Shown: piece after piece, positions 33,695 to 45,849 of the stretch
How the letters are laid out: each line of letters opens with the position of its first letter
How positions within the stretch are numbered: the stretch's first letter is position 1
From: Schmidtea polychroa
Lineage: Eukaryota
NCBI GenBank assembly: GCA_044892525.1
Contig: CM097885.1
Coordinates: 82,336,001-82,400,000, forward strand
Reading direction: 5' to 3'
Length of the DNA: 64,000 bases
Made by a program: the position numbers and the translations under genes
Notes under the pieces: generated by a model
What the model was told of the DNA's origin: nothing
The model's input: the letters and a program-made list of their open reading frames with translations, nothing else
The model's database searches: none

Positions 33695-34195
33695 TCAGTT
33701 ACGGTCTATTTGATAAGGAGGGCAGTTTAGCTCTCTGATTTGTCCGTATGCATTTACACGGAATTGGCACTTCACATTATCCAGGCCCGTCGTTTCCATT
33801 ATGATATCAGCTAAATCCCTTGTTGGCCGTAAAGCCTTGCCAAACTTTTGCATTTGTTTAAGTATCTCATCGTCTCTGTTTCCTTTGAATAACTTTGCAC
33901 ATAAATTTATGGCTCTCTTTAGTTCGCTTTGGGTTAGTGACATCACACTGAGTTCTGCGATCCATCGTTTCAACTGGTAGTTGTCAGTTTCCATTTTCTC
34001 AAGCCATTTTTCGACTCGGGCTAACAGTGCAGTCGGATTCTCATCTGATGCGATCTTTCGCACTTTCGTGGCAGGTTTTCCCTCACCTTCTGACACGGTT
34101 CCAATTATCATATTAGATTCAGTTTCCTCATCTGATTCAAATTTAGCCACTAATTTGTTCAGCTTCTGTCGCATTTCTCGAAATTCCTTTTCCAT
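33695..34195 (-). CDS. Helical/coiled-coil accessory ORF of the LTR element, unknown function
   Basis: 166-aa ATG ORF between gag and the UBL frame. Confidence 0.5.
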   Translation of the reverse strand: MEKEFREMRQKLNKLVAKFESDEETESNMIIGTVSEGEGKPATKVRKIASDENPTALLARVEKWLEKMETDNYQLKRWIAELSVMSLTQSELKRAINLCAKLFKGNRDDEILKQMQKFGKALRPTRDLADIIMETTGLDNVKCQFRVNAYGQIRELNCPPYQIDRN

Positions 34196-34235
34196 TTTGT
34201 CTTAAAATTCCTCTCTTTGAGAATATGTCATATTA

Positions 34236-35356
34236 CTAGTGTTTGGCATATCTTCTTGGAATCTGATCGATTTCTTTAATATAGGTCTGCTGAATCCCTC
34301 TGAGTTCCTTGCACGAATGACATTGGATCTGTCCATTTGTATTCACTTTGTCCCTTTGTGGTGAAGGTGACGTTGACGATGATCTTGACCTGGTGAAACA
34401 GTTTCTGCTAATATGCCCTTTCTTTCCACATCGATAGCATTCGACATCACTGATGATCCGTTTGTTTTCTGTGAATCTCTTGTTAGGGCTGGGATTTTTC
34501 CCATATTTGAACCAACATTGATTTGAGTAGTGTCCAGACTTTTTGCAATGTTCGCATTGAGGATTATTCATCTGTCCATTTGATTGTACGTTCATGGCTG
34601 GTCTACTGGCTTGAAATCTATTATTTGGTCTCAAAATTGGACTACTGATTTGATTTATTTTCTTTTCATCCCATGGTGCTCTCACAGGCGTAATTGACCG
34701 CTCGCGTCTCTCCAAATTAACTCCAAAAGCATCTGATCTTTTTGCACTTTTTAAATTCAGCTCTATCTTCATGGCTTTCTTCACGAGCTCGTCGAAATTG
34801 GAAAAATCCACATAACATAGGGCTTTTTTGATTTCGGAGTGAACTCCGGTTATAAACTGATCTTCTAACAGCTCTTTAATCTGCTTGGCCATATCTGCTT
34901 GGTCTGGTTTAACTTCAAAGGCTTTATCTGCTAAAGTGGTCAGATGATAAGCAAACTCACTGACCGATTCATCTGGACATTGAACTCGATTATAAAATTT
35001 TGTCGCATGATTCTTTTGATATCTCCACCAACCAGTTTCAGTACCATTGCATCCTTCAATTTTGTTCAATCATTGCCAACATTCCGTTTGTCGACTTGCT
35101 GCCAGGCTTCTCTTGCCGCACCCTTCAGATAGAGTGGGAATCTCTGAACCATAATGGCTTGTGTCCATCCGTATGCTGAGGCGTACATATAATAATCTCC
35201 CATGAAATCTGCAAATTCAACAGGGTCTCCTCCATATTGATTGACGGGTAATTTCTGGCAACTTGCGAAATCAATCATCTCGCTATTGAGAGGCATAACA
35301 GCATTATCATTTGCCATTTGGACTTGTTTCTGACTTCTGAAGTTGTATCGGTTCAC
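34236..35356 (-). pseudogene. gag: Gag polyprotein with retrotransposon-gag domain and CCHC zinc knuckles
   Basis: QRFPLYLKGAAREAW, then a TGA at 35066-35068 and a 1-nt deletion near 35000, then FYNRVQCPDESVSEFAYHL. Knuckles CEHCKKSGHYSNQC and CYRCGKKGHISRNC, and a broken third (CHSCKE). Confidence 0.9.
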
Positions 35357-35642
35357 TTTGAGCTAAACTTCAAACGTTAAACACTAATTTAAAATTACTT
35401 TTCAACTTCTTTTAAATCTCCCAATAATAGCCTTTAATAACCTCGTTAGCACTATTTTCACAAATTTTTCACTACTTTCAATCATTCTCAACCGACTTTC
35501 ACTCACGTCTGTAGTACTTTTCCAATAATTAACTTTTTCACTAACTTTAGTAACTTTCCGCCGACTTTCTATCACGTCTGTATTATTTTTTTTTCAATAA
35601 TTATTTTTTCACTAACTTTCAATAATTTTCCGCCGACTTGCA

Positions 35643-35660
35643 ATTACGTCGGGCTCACCA
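35643..35660 (-). promoter_or_regulatory. Primer-binding site, tRNA-Trp type
   Basis: TGGTGAGCCCGACGTAAT versus the known tRNA-Trp PBS TGGTGACCCCGACGTGAT (2 mismatches), 7 nt downstream of the LTR end. Confidence 0.75.
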
Positions 35661-35667
35661 GAATATA

Positions 35668-36732
35668 TGTTGGGTTTTGGATTATTTCAAGTCGTTCTCT
35701 CTGACTCCTGTGTTCTTTTAATCAAAACAATGAACGACCCAACGTATATTGAAACAACAGGTTCACAATTTATTATCACGCTACAATTACTAATCAAAGT
35801 TTTATACGATTCTCCGCTCGGCGTTGATGCTTTGCAAACAAATAATATTCACCTTTTAGTCCTTTAGATTCTCTCGATTCACGTTTTCCTCGGTTTCTGT
35901 TTGGTTTGATTCCTTTTCACCTTTCCGTATTCTTAATTCTATTTCTTCTTTTCCCTACTTTCCCTAATACGTTTACCAACTTTTCCTACGCTCTGATTCT
36001 TCAAACCCTAGCTGAGGCAAAATGCCGATTTTCTCTGATTTTCCCTTTGCTTATATACTCCTCGAAATCAGGATGACAAATGGTTATTGCCGAGCCAATC
36101 TTTCGTTTGACATTTGCTCCTACGTATTTGCTTCGGCTGTCACCCATAATGGTCCAACGAATCCAGATAATTAATGGCCCTACCGGTCTTCCTACGCGCA
36201 CTATCTTCTCCTTACTCTTTTCCAATTAATCATTGTGTCAAGCTAATGGGCCCAAATCTTCCTTCTGTTTGCTTTTCTTTTTGTTTACCCAGCTCGGGTT
36301 TCCTTCATCTCTCGGGTTCTCCATTGGCTCGGGTTCTCCATTGGCTCGGGTTTCCCATTAGCTCGGGTTTTCCATTAGCCAATTAATTAATTAATTAACG
36401 TTTTCTGTTTTCATACATTTGAATGCTTTTCGACCCTTCCTAACCATTTTCTGATAAATCCCTAATCATCATCTTGTTGACCATTAGCTAATCTATACCT
36501 GTCCCGTTTTCCCAATTCGATTTCGATGATTTTTCCATTTATTGATTTTTCTCGGATTTCCGGATTCTTGCCTTTCGTAATTGCTTTTGGCATTTTCTAA
36601 TACTGTTTCCATCACACTTTCCTTTACTATTGATTCTGTGCGCGATCCCGATTTTATTTGTCTTTTTTCTTCGCTTACTTTCTATTTGAATTATTATCCT
36701 AAATTTTTAATTTTAATTTATAGACCTCAACA
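35668..36732 (-). repeat. 5' LTR (family A, 1065 bp) containing a 17-bp CCAAT-box tandem array at about 36311-36378
   Basis: TG…CA termini with TGTTG/CAACA inverted ends. CTCGGGTTCTCCATTGG x2 plus variants. Confidence 0.85.
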
Positions 36733-37049
36733 CTTTTATGAATAATATAAGTTCAGTATAATTTATGATTTATACTTTTATGAATAATATAAATTCAGTA
36801 TAATTCATATTTTTATGAATAATATAAGTTTAGAATAATTTATAATTTATATTTTTATGAATATTATAAGTTCAGTATAATTTATAATTTATATTTGTGA
36901 ATTTACATAATGACAAACATATTTGATTTATGGGTTTTTTAAATTCATAATCTAAGTCTTACCGATACGCATGTCGAATACCTTTATGAGTATCATCACA
37001 TTTAATCCAATTATTATAAATTTCGAAAAATCTTTCCATATGAAATTAC

Positions 37050-37519
37050 AGTTAATTTTTATTTTAGCAGTTTTTTCTGAATTCTTTTCTTGAATTTTAA
37101 TTCTAAAACTAACTTATTTATTTTTATTAACTTTTATTGATTTGAATGGCTTCCATGATGGATTTCGCCATTTTTATGAATTGTTCTGGATTTTTGTCTA
37201 GAATTTAGCATTTCTACTATGTTTCGACTTTATTCGAGTTTGTTTTTTGTATTTTTATGTTTCTCTGTAATGTTTGAGTCAATTTTCTGTGATACTTCTT
37301 GTGTTTATTTGATTTTATTTTTAATTTAAATGTTTTTATTTTCTGTTACTTTCTTAATTATTATTGTTTATTTGGTGTTGAATATTTCTATTTAACTAAA
37401 CTTACTGCTGTTATGTACCATCACATTTTGTCACATTTACAAGATTTTGGGTCTAGGAATCAGTTCTAGCCCAGTGAAACACAGTTGAGAACTCGATCGC
37501 CATTTACGGAGACCTCAAC
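37050..37519 (-). mobile_element. LTR-like family B copy, more diverged, inverted
   Basis: TGGGCTAGAACTGATTCCTAGACCCAAAA on the minus strand ending at 37473, preceded by TGTTGAGGTCT at 37519. Confidence 0.55.
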
Positions 37520-37595
37520 AATTATTAAGAGCTTTTCGTTTCTGGGTTCATTGATTTTCTATTGGAGATTTGTTTGTTCCAATTTCATCATTGCA

Positions 37596-37982
37596 TCATA
37601 GTGTTGTTTTAAATTCAGATAGATTGACCACATTACTCTGATCTGGTTGTCTAGTTCGACGTCTTTTAGGAACTGAAGATTCCATATTCTCAAAGACATG
37701 ATCGACAGATTTCAGATCTGTGTGATTTACCAATTCCATATCAAAAAGTTTGCAACTATTATCAAATCCGACTTCTCTGTAATTTGCATTCATATTCGTT
37801 GATTTTATATCCATGTTATTATCATTGAAGTAAATGTTATAATGATTCTCAAAATTTCCTTGCACATGCGTAACATAATTAACATTATTCTTCATTGAAC
37901 GTTGATAATAATTTCTGTCAATAATTATATTTTTAGAATTTGCATCATCTTTCGTATTTCTTGATGAACAGTCACTTGACAT
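37596..37982 (-). CDS. Asn-rich 128-aa ORF with PKRRR, unknown; possibly a TE remnant
   Basis: ATG ORF only; no recognised domain. Confidence 0.25.
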   Translation of the reverse strand: MSSDCSSRNTKDDANSKNIIIDRNYYQRSMKNNVNYVTHVQGNFENHYNIYFNDNNMDIKSTNMNANYREVGFDNSCKLFDMELVNHTDLKSVDHVFENMESSVPKRRRTRQPDQSNVVNLSEFKTTL

Positions 37983-38017
37983 AATTTCATCTACTTAAAC
38001 ATTTATATTCATAGAAT

Positions 38018-38775
38018 TGTTGAGTTTTTATTTGTAAATCGGTCCTTTCTCTGACTCCTCGTGTTCTTATTTTACCAAATCAATGAAAACTCAATACAAA
38101 ATAACTTTATTTGATTTTTATCACAATTACAATCTGTCACTATTTGCACCTTTCACTCAATTCAAATTTATCTCGTTAAGGTAAGAAACCCAAGGGACAA
38201 TTACCTTTTCTTGTACGAGTCTAGCTTCTTTATAATTCACGAATTTCCTCTTTTGACTTGTCCTTGCTGGATTTTCTGTTTAGCTTTTCCTTTTTCTCTT
38301 CGACCAAATGGCGGCTTGCTCATTTCTAAGCTCTCCTTTTATACTGTGTCTAAAAGGCCAATTATCTAGCAAAATGAAATTAATTGTTTCCCGGGCACCC
38401 TAAGTAAATTTTGAAAGGTTTGACAATTATTTTAATTTATTTACCCTGCAATTATAAATCGAATTATTATTACCTTATCTGGTGTCTCGGGTCTCACTGT
38501 GCATCGGGTTTTCTTCAGTGCTCGGGCTTTCCATTACAGATTAATTAATTTTAATTAATTTGTTTTTCGTTATTAACTTTTTCTATGATCACCCTATTAC
38601 ATTTTTATTATGCTTTCTAACCTCGTCTAACAATTTGGCATTCAACCATACCCGATATTGATTTTTAATTTTCATTAAATTTTAATTAATTTTGTACTTA
38701 TATTGATTTTACCAATTTTTGTTCTGCTTTCTGGTACCATGTGAAATTTATTTTGTTTTTGCTCTAACCCCAACA
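38018..38775 (-). mobile_element. Solo LTR (family A-related, 758 bp)
   Basis: TGTTGGGG…CTCAACA termini. 4-bp TSD GAAT at 38014-38017 and 38776-38779. Shares blocks with the other family A LTRs. Confidence 0.85.
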
Positions 38776-39202
38776 GAATAAACGAAGCCACCTAAGTTTT
38801 ATTTTTGAATTCACCAGTTTTAAACAAGCAAAGTAAAATCATTTCGATTTATCTAATATAACTTGATGAAACTAAACACACACCGAGATCACAAAATAAA
38901 AAATGCACACCCACAGAAGATCTGATTGAACATACCTTATGGAGAGTTATGATCCAATTAATTTCATAGCAGAAATGGGAAATTAAATTTTTTATATTTT
39001 GGGAGATGAGATAATTAATGAAATTGAGCTCTATATAAAAAGCAGAAGACTTAATAAAATTAGCATCATGATCGAAAGTAGTCTGAAAAGAGCGGTAAAT
39101 AATTTAGTATTGCAAAAATTTAGTGAGAAGATTCGATAAATTTAAAGAAAGCAATGTAATTGTTTTGATTATTTGTACTAGATCAGATTCTTACTAGTTT
39201 AA

Positions 39203-39402
39203 CCCTTTCAATTCGATTTTTTTTTAATAATTCATGGTAATATTTATAGCACAAAATTTTATAGAAAAGAAAAAAAGCAGGCAGGTTTGGACTTGTTTAC
39301 GAGCCTATGACCGAACAGTACTAATATCCCAGATCCCAATGCATTTATATTATTTTAGTAATTATTATGTTATTATTATATGTCCCTACAGTCTTGAAAG
39401 GG
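39203..39402. mobile_element. piggyBac-type MITE (200 bp)
   Basis: TTAA-CCCTTTCAA…TTGAAAGGG-TTAA. Confidence 0.7.
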
Positions 39403-40440
39403 TTAAGGCGAATTCCCTTAGGGTCACCTACTTCTTGATCAAACAAAAAAATAACTTGTGGTATAATTGGGACTATTTTTATTTGAATATTGAAAATTTA
39501 ATATTTGATTTAACAAAAAACTTTACCGTGATGGGTTTTATTATTTTTAATAAAGAACGCATGAAATCGGAAATAATTGTTTTCCCGCCGAAACTATGTA
39601 ATAACTCAACATATCTATAAATTGTAGTAATAAAAGAATTTATTTTAAAAATGGTGATTATATAAAAATAAAATGTTTTAACAATACAATTTGATTTGAT
39701 ATTATAAAAATATTAGGTCAGGCTCGCAACATTAAAAGATTTGTAGAATAATAAAATTGTAATCTTAGTGTCACTAATGGGTGATGCCTTTTTGATGGCA
39801 TATTATTATGAATTTTGATAACTATTGCTAAAAATAACAATTGTTTAATTTAAATTAGGTAAATAATAAGCAATCGGAAAATAATTGATTTAGTCATTTT
39901 AGTGTTAAGAGCAGAGAAATATTTATTCATTCGAATAAACGCAAAAATTAAAAAGAAAATTATATTGAATTTAAAAAATATTAAATTTATTCTATAAAGG
40001 AAATTTTGGGAAAACAATTGCTGAAAGAAACAGCAGCCAATAATTCCAGAAGTTGACGCGCTTTCTAATTCTATGAAGCAATGGTTAATTGGTTTATCGT
40101 CTCTTAATAAAACGAATTGGAATTATTAATTATTGTGAACAAAATCACGTTTTACTGACAAAAACCAAAGACCAAATTTGAGGAAACACGTCGAATCAGT
40201 ATAGCAAGATCCCGAGGGCAAAAACTCGAGAATACATCTTATACTGCTTGATATATTTTTGTTTATACTTAAAATAGAGTAAAAAAGAAAGAATTCATTA
40301 ATCCGGATTTAATTAACTTATTGATAATAATAATTCGAAAGTATTCGAAACAGTTTCCATAGCATCAGAGAAGCTCCAAAATCAGTACTACTTACGCATC
40401 AGTAGGCAGGTGTGATCTCACTGAATTACTCCTCACAGGC

Positions 40441-40489
<49 letters not shown>

Positions 40490-42326
40490 TTTAAGCATTT
40501 GTTTAAAGTGCAATATTGGTTTTTGAGTGCAGTGTAATTTTGACTAGTCAGAGGTACTTTTCATTTTTAAATAGTCAGGGCACTTTTAAAGAGTGCTCCT
40601 TTTGCACTCTAAATTGCTAATATTGATTTTTTGATGTAAAATGCTAAAAAATGCAAAGGAAGTGCAATTTCTTATGTGCATTTTAAATTATACTTATTTA
40701 TATCTAATTATCCTCGGTCCTTACCATTATTCCTAAGTTTCATAATTTTTTTTAGAATTTATGTATTAAATTATTAATTTGGTTCATTCCACAATTCATA
40801 TTTATATTATCCACGTAATAGACAAACTTCCTACATGACAACTTCTAATGCAGGAAATCAATATATGAAGTGGAATTCCGACTGGTAGTAAGATGCAATG
40901 GAAACGGAGTTGATCTTAAGTAACGTAATCGTGATAAAATTATCGTATGAAACAGTTAAAACAGGAACCTTACATAGTGTACTAAATAATACTAATATGA
41001 TAGTCAACGATAATGAATTTATTAGACTAGAACTAATAATAATCATACTAAAAATAACTATATAATTTTAGTTGAAATTCTGAACTTGTAATGGATGTGG
41101 CTACCTATGCTGGGGTTTGGCTCTGGTCGTAGTTTCTTAAGATAGCGCTAGAATTTTTTGGCCAGGGCTCTGCCTGAAATTCCTGTAACTGGAATCATTA
41201 ACTCCTTACATTGACTGCATAAAATGATTTAGTGAGAAAATTATTGTGATTTGTGTAAGTTTAAGTTCATGGGGTTATCGGTTCGTCTCTTTCAGCCTTT
41301 TGAGTAACGAACTCCCATGGTCTTGTACATAGTTATGATTAAGTTATACATTAGGTGTGCGGTCAAATTGCGCTATAGGTCATCAATTATTCAAATTGTT
41401 CGTCCCACTGGCTCACTGGACTCGGTACGGCGAACCGTAAGTGTTATGTGGAGACCTTAGAGCCACAACCGAACTAAAACCTCGCTGTAGTCTTGGTCAA
41501 TTTTACTTATAATAGTTACGACAGAGGTTGACAATGTCCAAAAGGTTCATTATCCACTTAGGCCACCACGAAGTACCTGATATACAGGCTGGTACAACTA
41601 ATCCGAGTACACGGCGCAGTACAACCATCACTCATCGTTGATAATTGTTTTAATAACTGGAATGTGTAGTTGGCTGAGGGGCCAAAAAAATAAAATCAGC
41701 AATCTAGTGTGGAAACAATTTCGCCTGTTCAAAAAGAAAAAGAACTAAACGATAATTATACCTAGTCCTATATCGTCATTAATACATAAATAATAAAATA
41801 AATATAAAATTTAATCTGTACTTTTTTATTATTTTTATTTTTAAATAATAATCATTTATTTGTTTATTTATTAAGTTCATCATTTGATAATTTACTTATA
41901 ATTATTTTTAATTTTTCTTAGGGCAGTGTACCACGGAAACTACAGTTGGGCAGTGTACCAGGAAGATCCGAAACAACTGAAGAAGCACCGAAAGAAGTGG
42001 TGGAAAAAACATTTGAAGAAGCATCAAAAGAATCAATTGAAGAAATGCATGAAGAATTCGATTCAGAAGATCTAATTTCAGATTTCATAGATGATGTTAA
42101 TAATTGAGAAAGTAATGTTAATGAAAATGAGATAATCAATGAGAGCACCGACCATGAGAATGACTTCGATAGCCGAAGAAGATCCTATCGAACTACAAAT
42201 AGGATCTGTATTAGATTTTGAAATAGTGAAAGAGAATGACCAAATAAAATTAATATCAATGAATGCTTGGATGAATTAATTGAAGAATGCAAGACATTAG
42301 ATCTTGAAAAACATATATAGATATAC

Positions 42327-43025
42327 CTATAATATAGATTTAGCAATCCAAGTCTTTCTAACATATTTGTTTCCGAAATCAACTAGTAGAAGACAAATAT
42401 TCTTTGAATCACTTAAATTTGTCTGAATCAAAGCTTTGTGGGCATATGTATTGTTACCACCTTCGATCTTGATGTTGTTAAAACCAAATATTATATCTTT
42501 AAATAAAATATGAAACACGTAGTTAGTTGGTATTATATCTACACCATCAGCTAAATCTTTTTTCTTTATCTAGAACCTTCAGTTAAATTGATAATAACAT
42601 GTCAGTTAAATCTAAATATTCGGTTTGTGAGCAAATCGACTAAATACATCAATACAAGTTAAAATATACTTGTAACCTTTACTGATCCTTGAGTTTGGAA
42701 TCCTTTCCATCCAATTTAACTGCCCTAAATCGTCAATGCCGAAAGTTTTATAGGGCCTTGTCGGGAATCTTTTCATCATTGGTTTTTTTAAACTGTATGC
42801 CAGTTGGTTTGACAACCAATTTTGTCTTTTTTTCGAATTCTTGACTGATTTCTTTAATCTTGCGACTCTGTCGAAAGATCTTGGGTCTTTCGGATTTGTC
42901 CACATTTTTTCCATTACAGCGATTTGAATCAAAATTAAGTTTGAAATTCGGTAGTGAAGGATTACTGTCCATTTTTTATGATGGTTAACCAAAAAAACCT
43001 GCTTCACCCAATAACGATAATGCAA
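42327..43025 (-). pseudogene. Internally deleted relic of a second, related Polinton (core-protein end, overlapping small ORF, integrase N-terminus, MCP fragment)
   Basis: VMEKMWTNP…YKYILTCIDVFSRFA and FKDIIFGFNNIKIEGGNNTYAHKALI match the integrase and MCP of the complete element. They are about 100 bp apart here versus about 2.3 kb there. Confidence 0.9.
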
Positions 43026-43810
43026 AATATATCAATGCGGCTATAAAACTACCATGTTTTTATATTTAGTCTTTCTCCTTCGATTCTTATTTTTACTGTT
43101 TGCAAGTGATGAAAGAGATTTCTTGTATTTTTTCAAAACTGCATTACTAATATTTACCTTGCCATAAACGACTTTCAATAAATTTTAGTGTAAAAAGAGA
43201 ACTATCGAAATTAAATTATTAGCATGAACTCCGAGATTTTTAAATTATTATTAATAAGTTCCAATGTAATTTATTCTAAAAAGCTAAATAACAAGTATTA
43301 AAACAACAAGTAAAAATTCCAATATAAAATTATAAAATAAAAATTCCAAAAAGTAAACGCGAACTAAAAAATGCACAAACAAACATATTTACCACAAAGA
43401 AATTTTCAATTGGAAACGATTGTTTTTCGAAATAATTTTCGGTGACAGTTTATACGCATCCAAAAAAAATAATTAATTAATAAATAAATCAATTAAATAA
43501 TCATTTTATTTTAAACCTTAAAAATGCAAAATTATCCTGACTTGTACACAATTTTTCAAATTAGCTCTGATAAATTGTAATGTATTGAATACTTTCAAAG
43601 AAAAAACGTTTTAGAAAGTAATTTTAATTGTTTTTGTGGTCAACAAATGACTTATAGATGTCCAAGAAAATGCTCTTCCTGTAGTAAGGAAAGATTCTTT
43701 TTTGAGAAATCAAAGCTGGCACTTCCTACATTGCTTCTTTTGACTTATTTTTGGGTATTGGGGGTGCTTAGCAATAAAATTTTAACTATGTTAAAGTTAT
43801 CAAAAAAACT

Positions 43811-44134
43811 TTGACAAATAGGAATAATTTCTTTTCAGAAATTTGTTCGACCTCTTTTCTAAATTTAAATAACGATGATCTCATGATTGGGACAGAAGGA
43901 GTAATCGTTGAAATCGACGAAACTCTTATTTCCAAAAAAACCAAATATAACAGAGGTTGGAGATACAGGGAAGTTTGGATGATGGGCGGTATTGATAGAG
44001 TTTCAAAAAAATAGTTTGCGAGAGTTGTCGAAAGAAGAGATCGTGAAACTCTTGTTCCTTTAATCACTAGATTTATAAGACCAGGCTCTATTATTCACTC
44101 TGATATATGGCGTGGATATTACTGCTTCAACTGA
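43811..44134 (+). pseudogene. Merlin / ISXO2 (IS1595-like) transposase fragment
   Basis: IGTEGVIVEIDET…KYNRG…WMMGGIDR…*FARVVERRDRETLVPLI…PGSIIHSDIWRGY. Confidence 0.85.
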
Positions 44135-44481
44135 TCTCTTCTCATCCATCTCATCAAAATTCCATAGAACTTTAAAAAAGATGCATAAACTTTTTAATAG
44201 TTTTGTGTAGTTTCAAATAGTGTTGTTTGGAGGTTTCCTGAATTAAGATGACCGGGTCAAAAGACCCTGGTGACTCTTTCTGAAGCTGTATATATCTAAA
44301 TATATATAGTAACATTTTAAAGTTTAAATATGGATAAAGAAATTGAATTTTTGGAACAATTAGTATGTATTTGTCAAATCTAGCCATCTATTTAAGTTTA
44401 ATTTTAATTGAAGTTTAAAAATATCTGAACAGTTATCTTTATGTATAAAAGCAATGCAATTTGTACCATGTCGTATTTTAA

Positions 44482-45849
44482 GCGTTTCGCTGTGGTATAA
44501 AACTCATAACCAATAAAAGTGTATTTAGTTTAGCACCATACGAGTTGTGTTTTACGTTCATCCAGACCACATGGCAAAAATTATACTATTTTTAGTAAAA
44601 TATGGAGTATTTGTGTTTTTGTGATTGTTAGCAAATACAATGGACAAGAAAACGTGGCCAAGCAGGTAAGTGTAATTATGTTTTACACATTTGGTTTTAT
44701 TACTAAATTAGGTTAAGTGGTACACATACGTATCAGAAGTATATTAGATTGGTATAGATGTGTACCATTAGTCTTATATTTTCTAGAATAAATATTAGTT
44801 AGAAAATCTAACTATAAAATATTTTTCATGTTTAGTAATATATATAATTAAAATAAATGATTAAAATATTTGTAGAATGTACATATAATTAATTTACTAA
44901 AATTATATTTTTATTTTATTTTTTTAGATCTTGTATGAAAAGGCCACTTACAGAGGATGAATTGGAAGCTCTAATTCTAGAAGAATTTTTTGCTGGGTCT
45001 GACAATTTGTATGAACCATCTGATTAAACCTCAAATACAGATTCATCTTCAGAAAATCATCAATCTGAACATTACTGCAAAACATTCATGAAGAAATTAA
45101 TAATGATCAAAATGAAGATTCAAGACCAAACGCTATTGACTGGAAAAAACCTACTAACAAATTTGTACCTGCAAAAAAAATACCAGCTGAACTGTCATAA
45201 AGCAGATGTCACTAAAGTTTCAAAAATCATAAAATCAGTTTCAAAATAACTATTGATTGTCCAGAAGTAATTGCCTTTTATCGACAAAATATGGGCGGCG
45301 TTGATAAAAGTATTTTATACTCTTCTAAATATGGCCGCAGTTAATTCGTGGATTATGTATAATCAAATCAGACGAGAAAAAACACCGTTTTTATCATTCT
45401 TAGTAACTCTGTCTGAAGAACTACATGCTGAAAGGAGTAAAAATACAAGCGTTCCCTATGTAAAAATGGTGTAAATTCTAAGAAACGAAAATTGTATGGC
45501 AAGTATCATTGCATTTGCCAATTGCAGATCAAACAAAAATATGTTCAAGATGCATTCAAAAAAACAACAAATAAGAACATATCATACTGTATCAAAAATT
45601 GTATGTATCTTTTGAAGTGTACAATAAAACAAATTCATAATTTGATGAATTGTATGATTTTTATAGGACTGTTGGTATAAATAAGTACCACCAAAAATAA
45701 CGGATGGTAACATGGTTTACCAGTCCCCAACTATCCCCTCTTTTTTTAAATTATTTTATTTATGGTTTTTATTTTAACATATACCACACATTAAAATTAT
45801 TATACAAACTGTTTTTTCAAACAATTTTTTGAATACCATCCCGAAGGGG
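44482..45849 (+). mobile_element. Degenerate, internally deleted piggyBac transposon
   Basis: TTAA on both sides with eroded TIRs (…TTCG…TGGTAT). Transposase remnants MKRPLTEDELEAL, FYRQNMGGVDK, FYTLLNMAAVNSWIMY and CSRC. Confidence 0.75.

Larger units (their letters stand above)
31085..36732 (-). mobile_element. LTR retroelement (family A, Ty3/gypsy-like) with gag and an env-like gene, no pol, 3' end missing
   Basis: 5' LTR 36732-35668 (TGTTGAGG…CCCAACA), PBS, gag, accessory frames and glycoprotein. Both flanks are the same AT-rich TTTTATGAAT…TTCAGTATAATTTATGATTT array. Confidence 0.85.

Noticed and set aside
40403-40482. AGTACTAC… plus (TA)n as the terminus of the second Polinton relic
   Set aside because: No matching opposite terminus or TSD was found.
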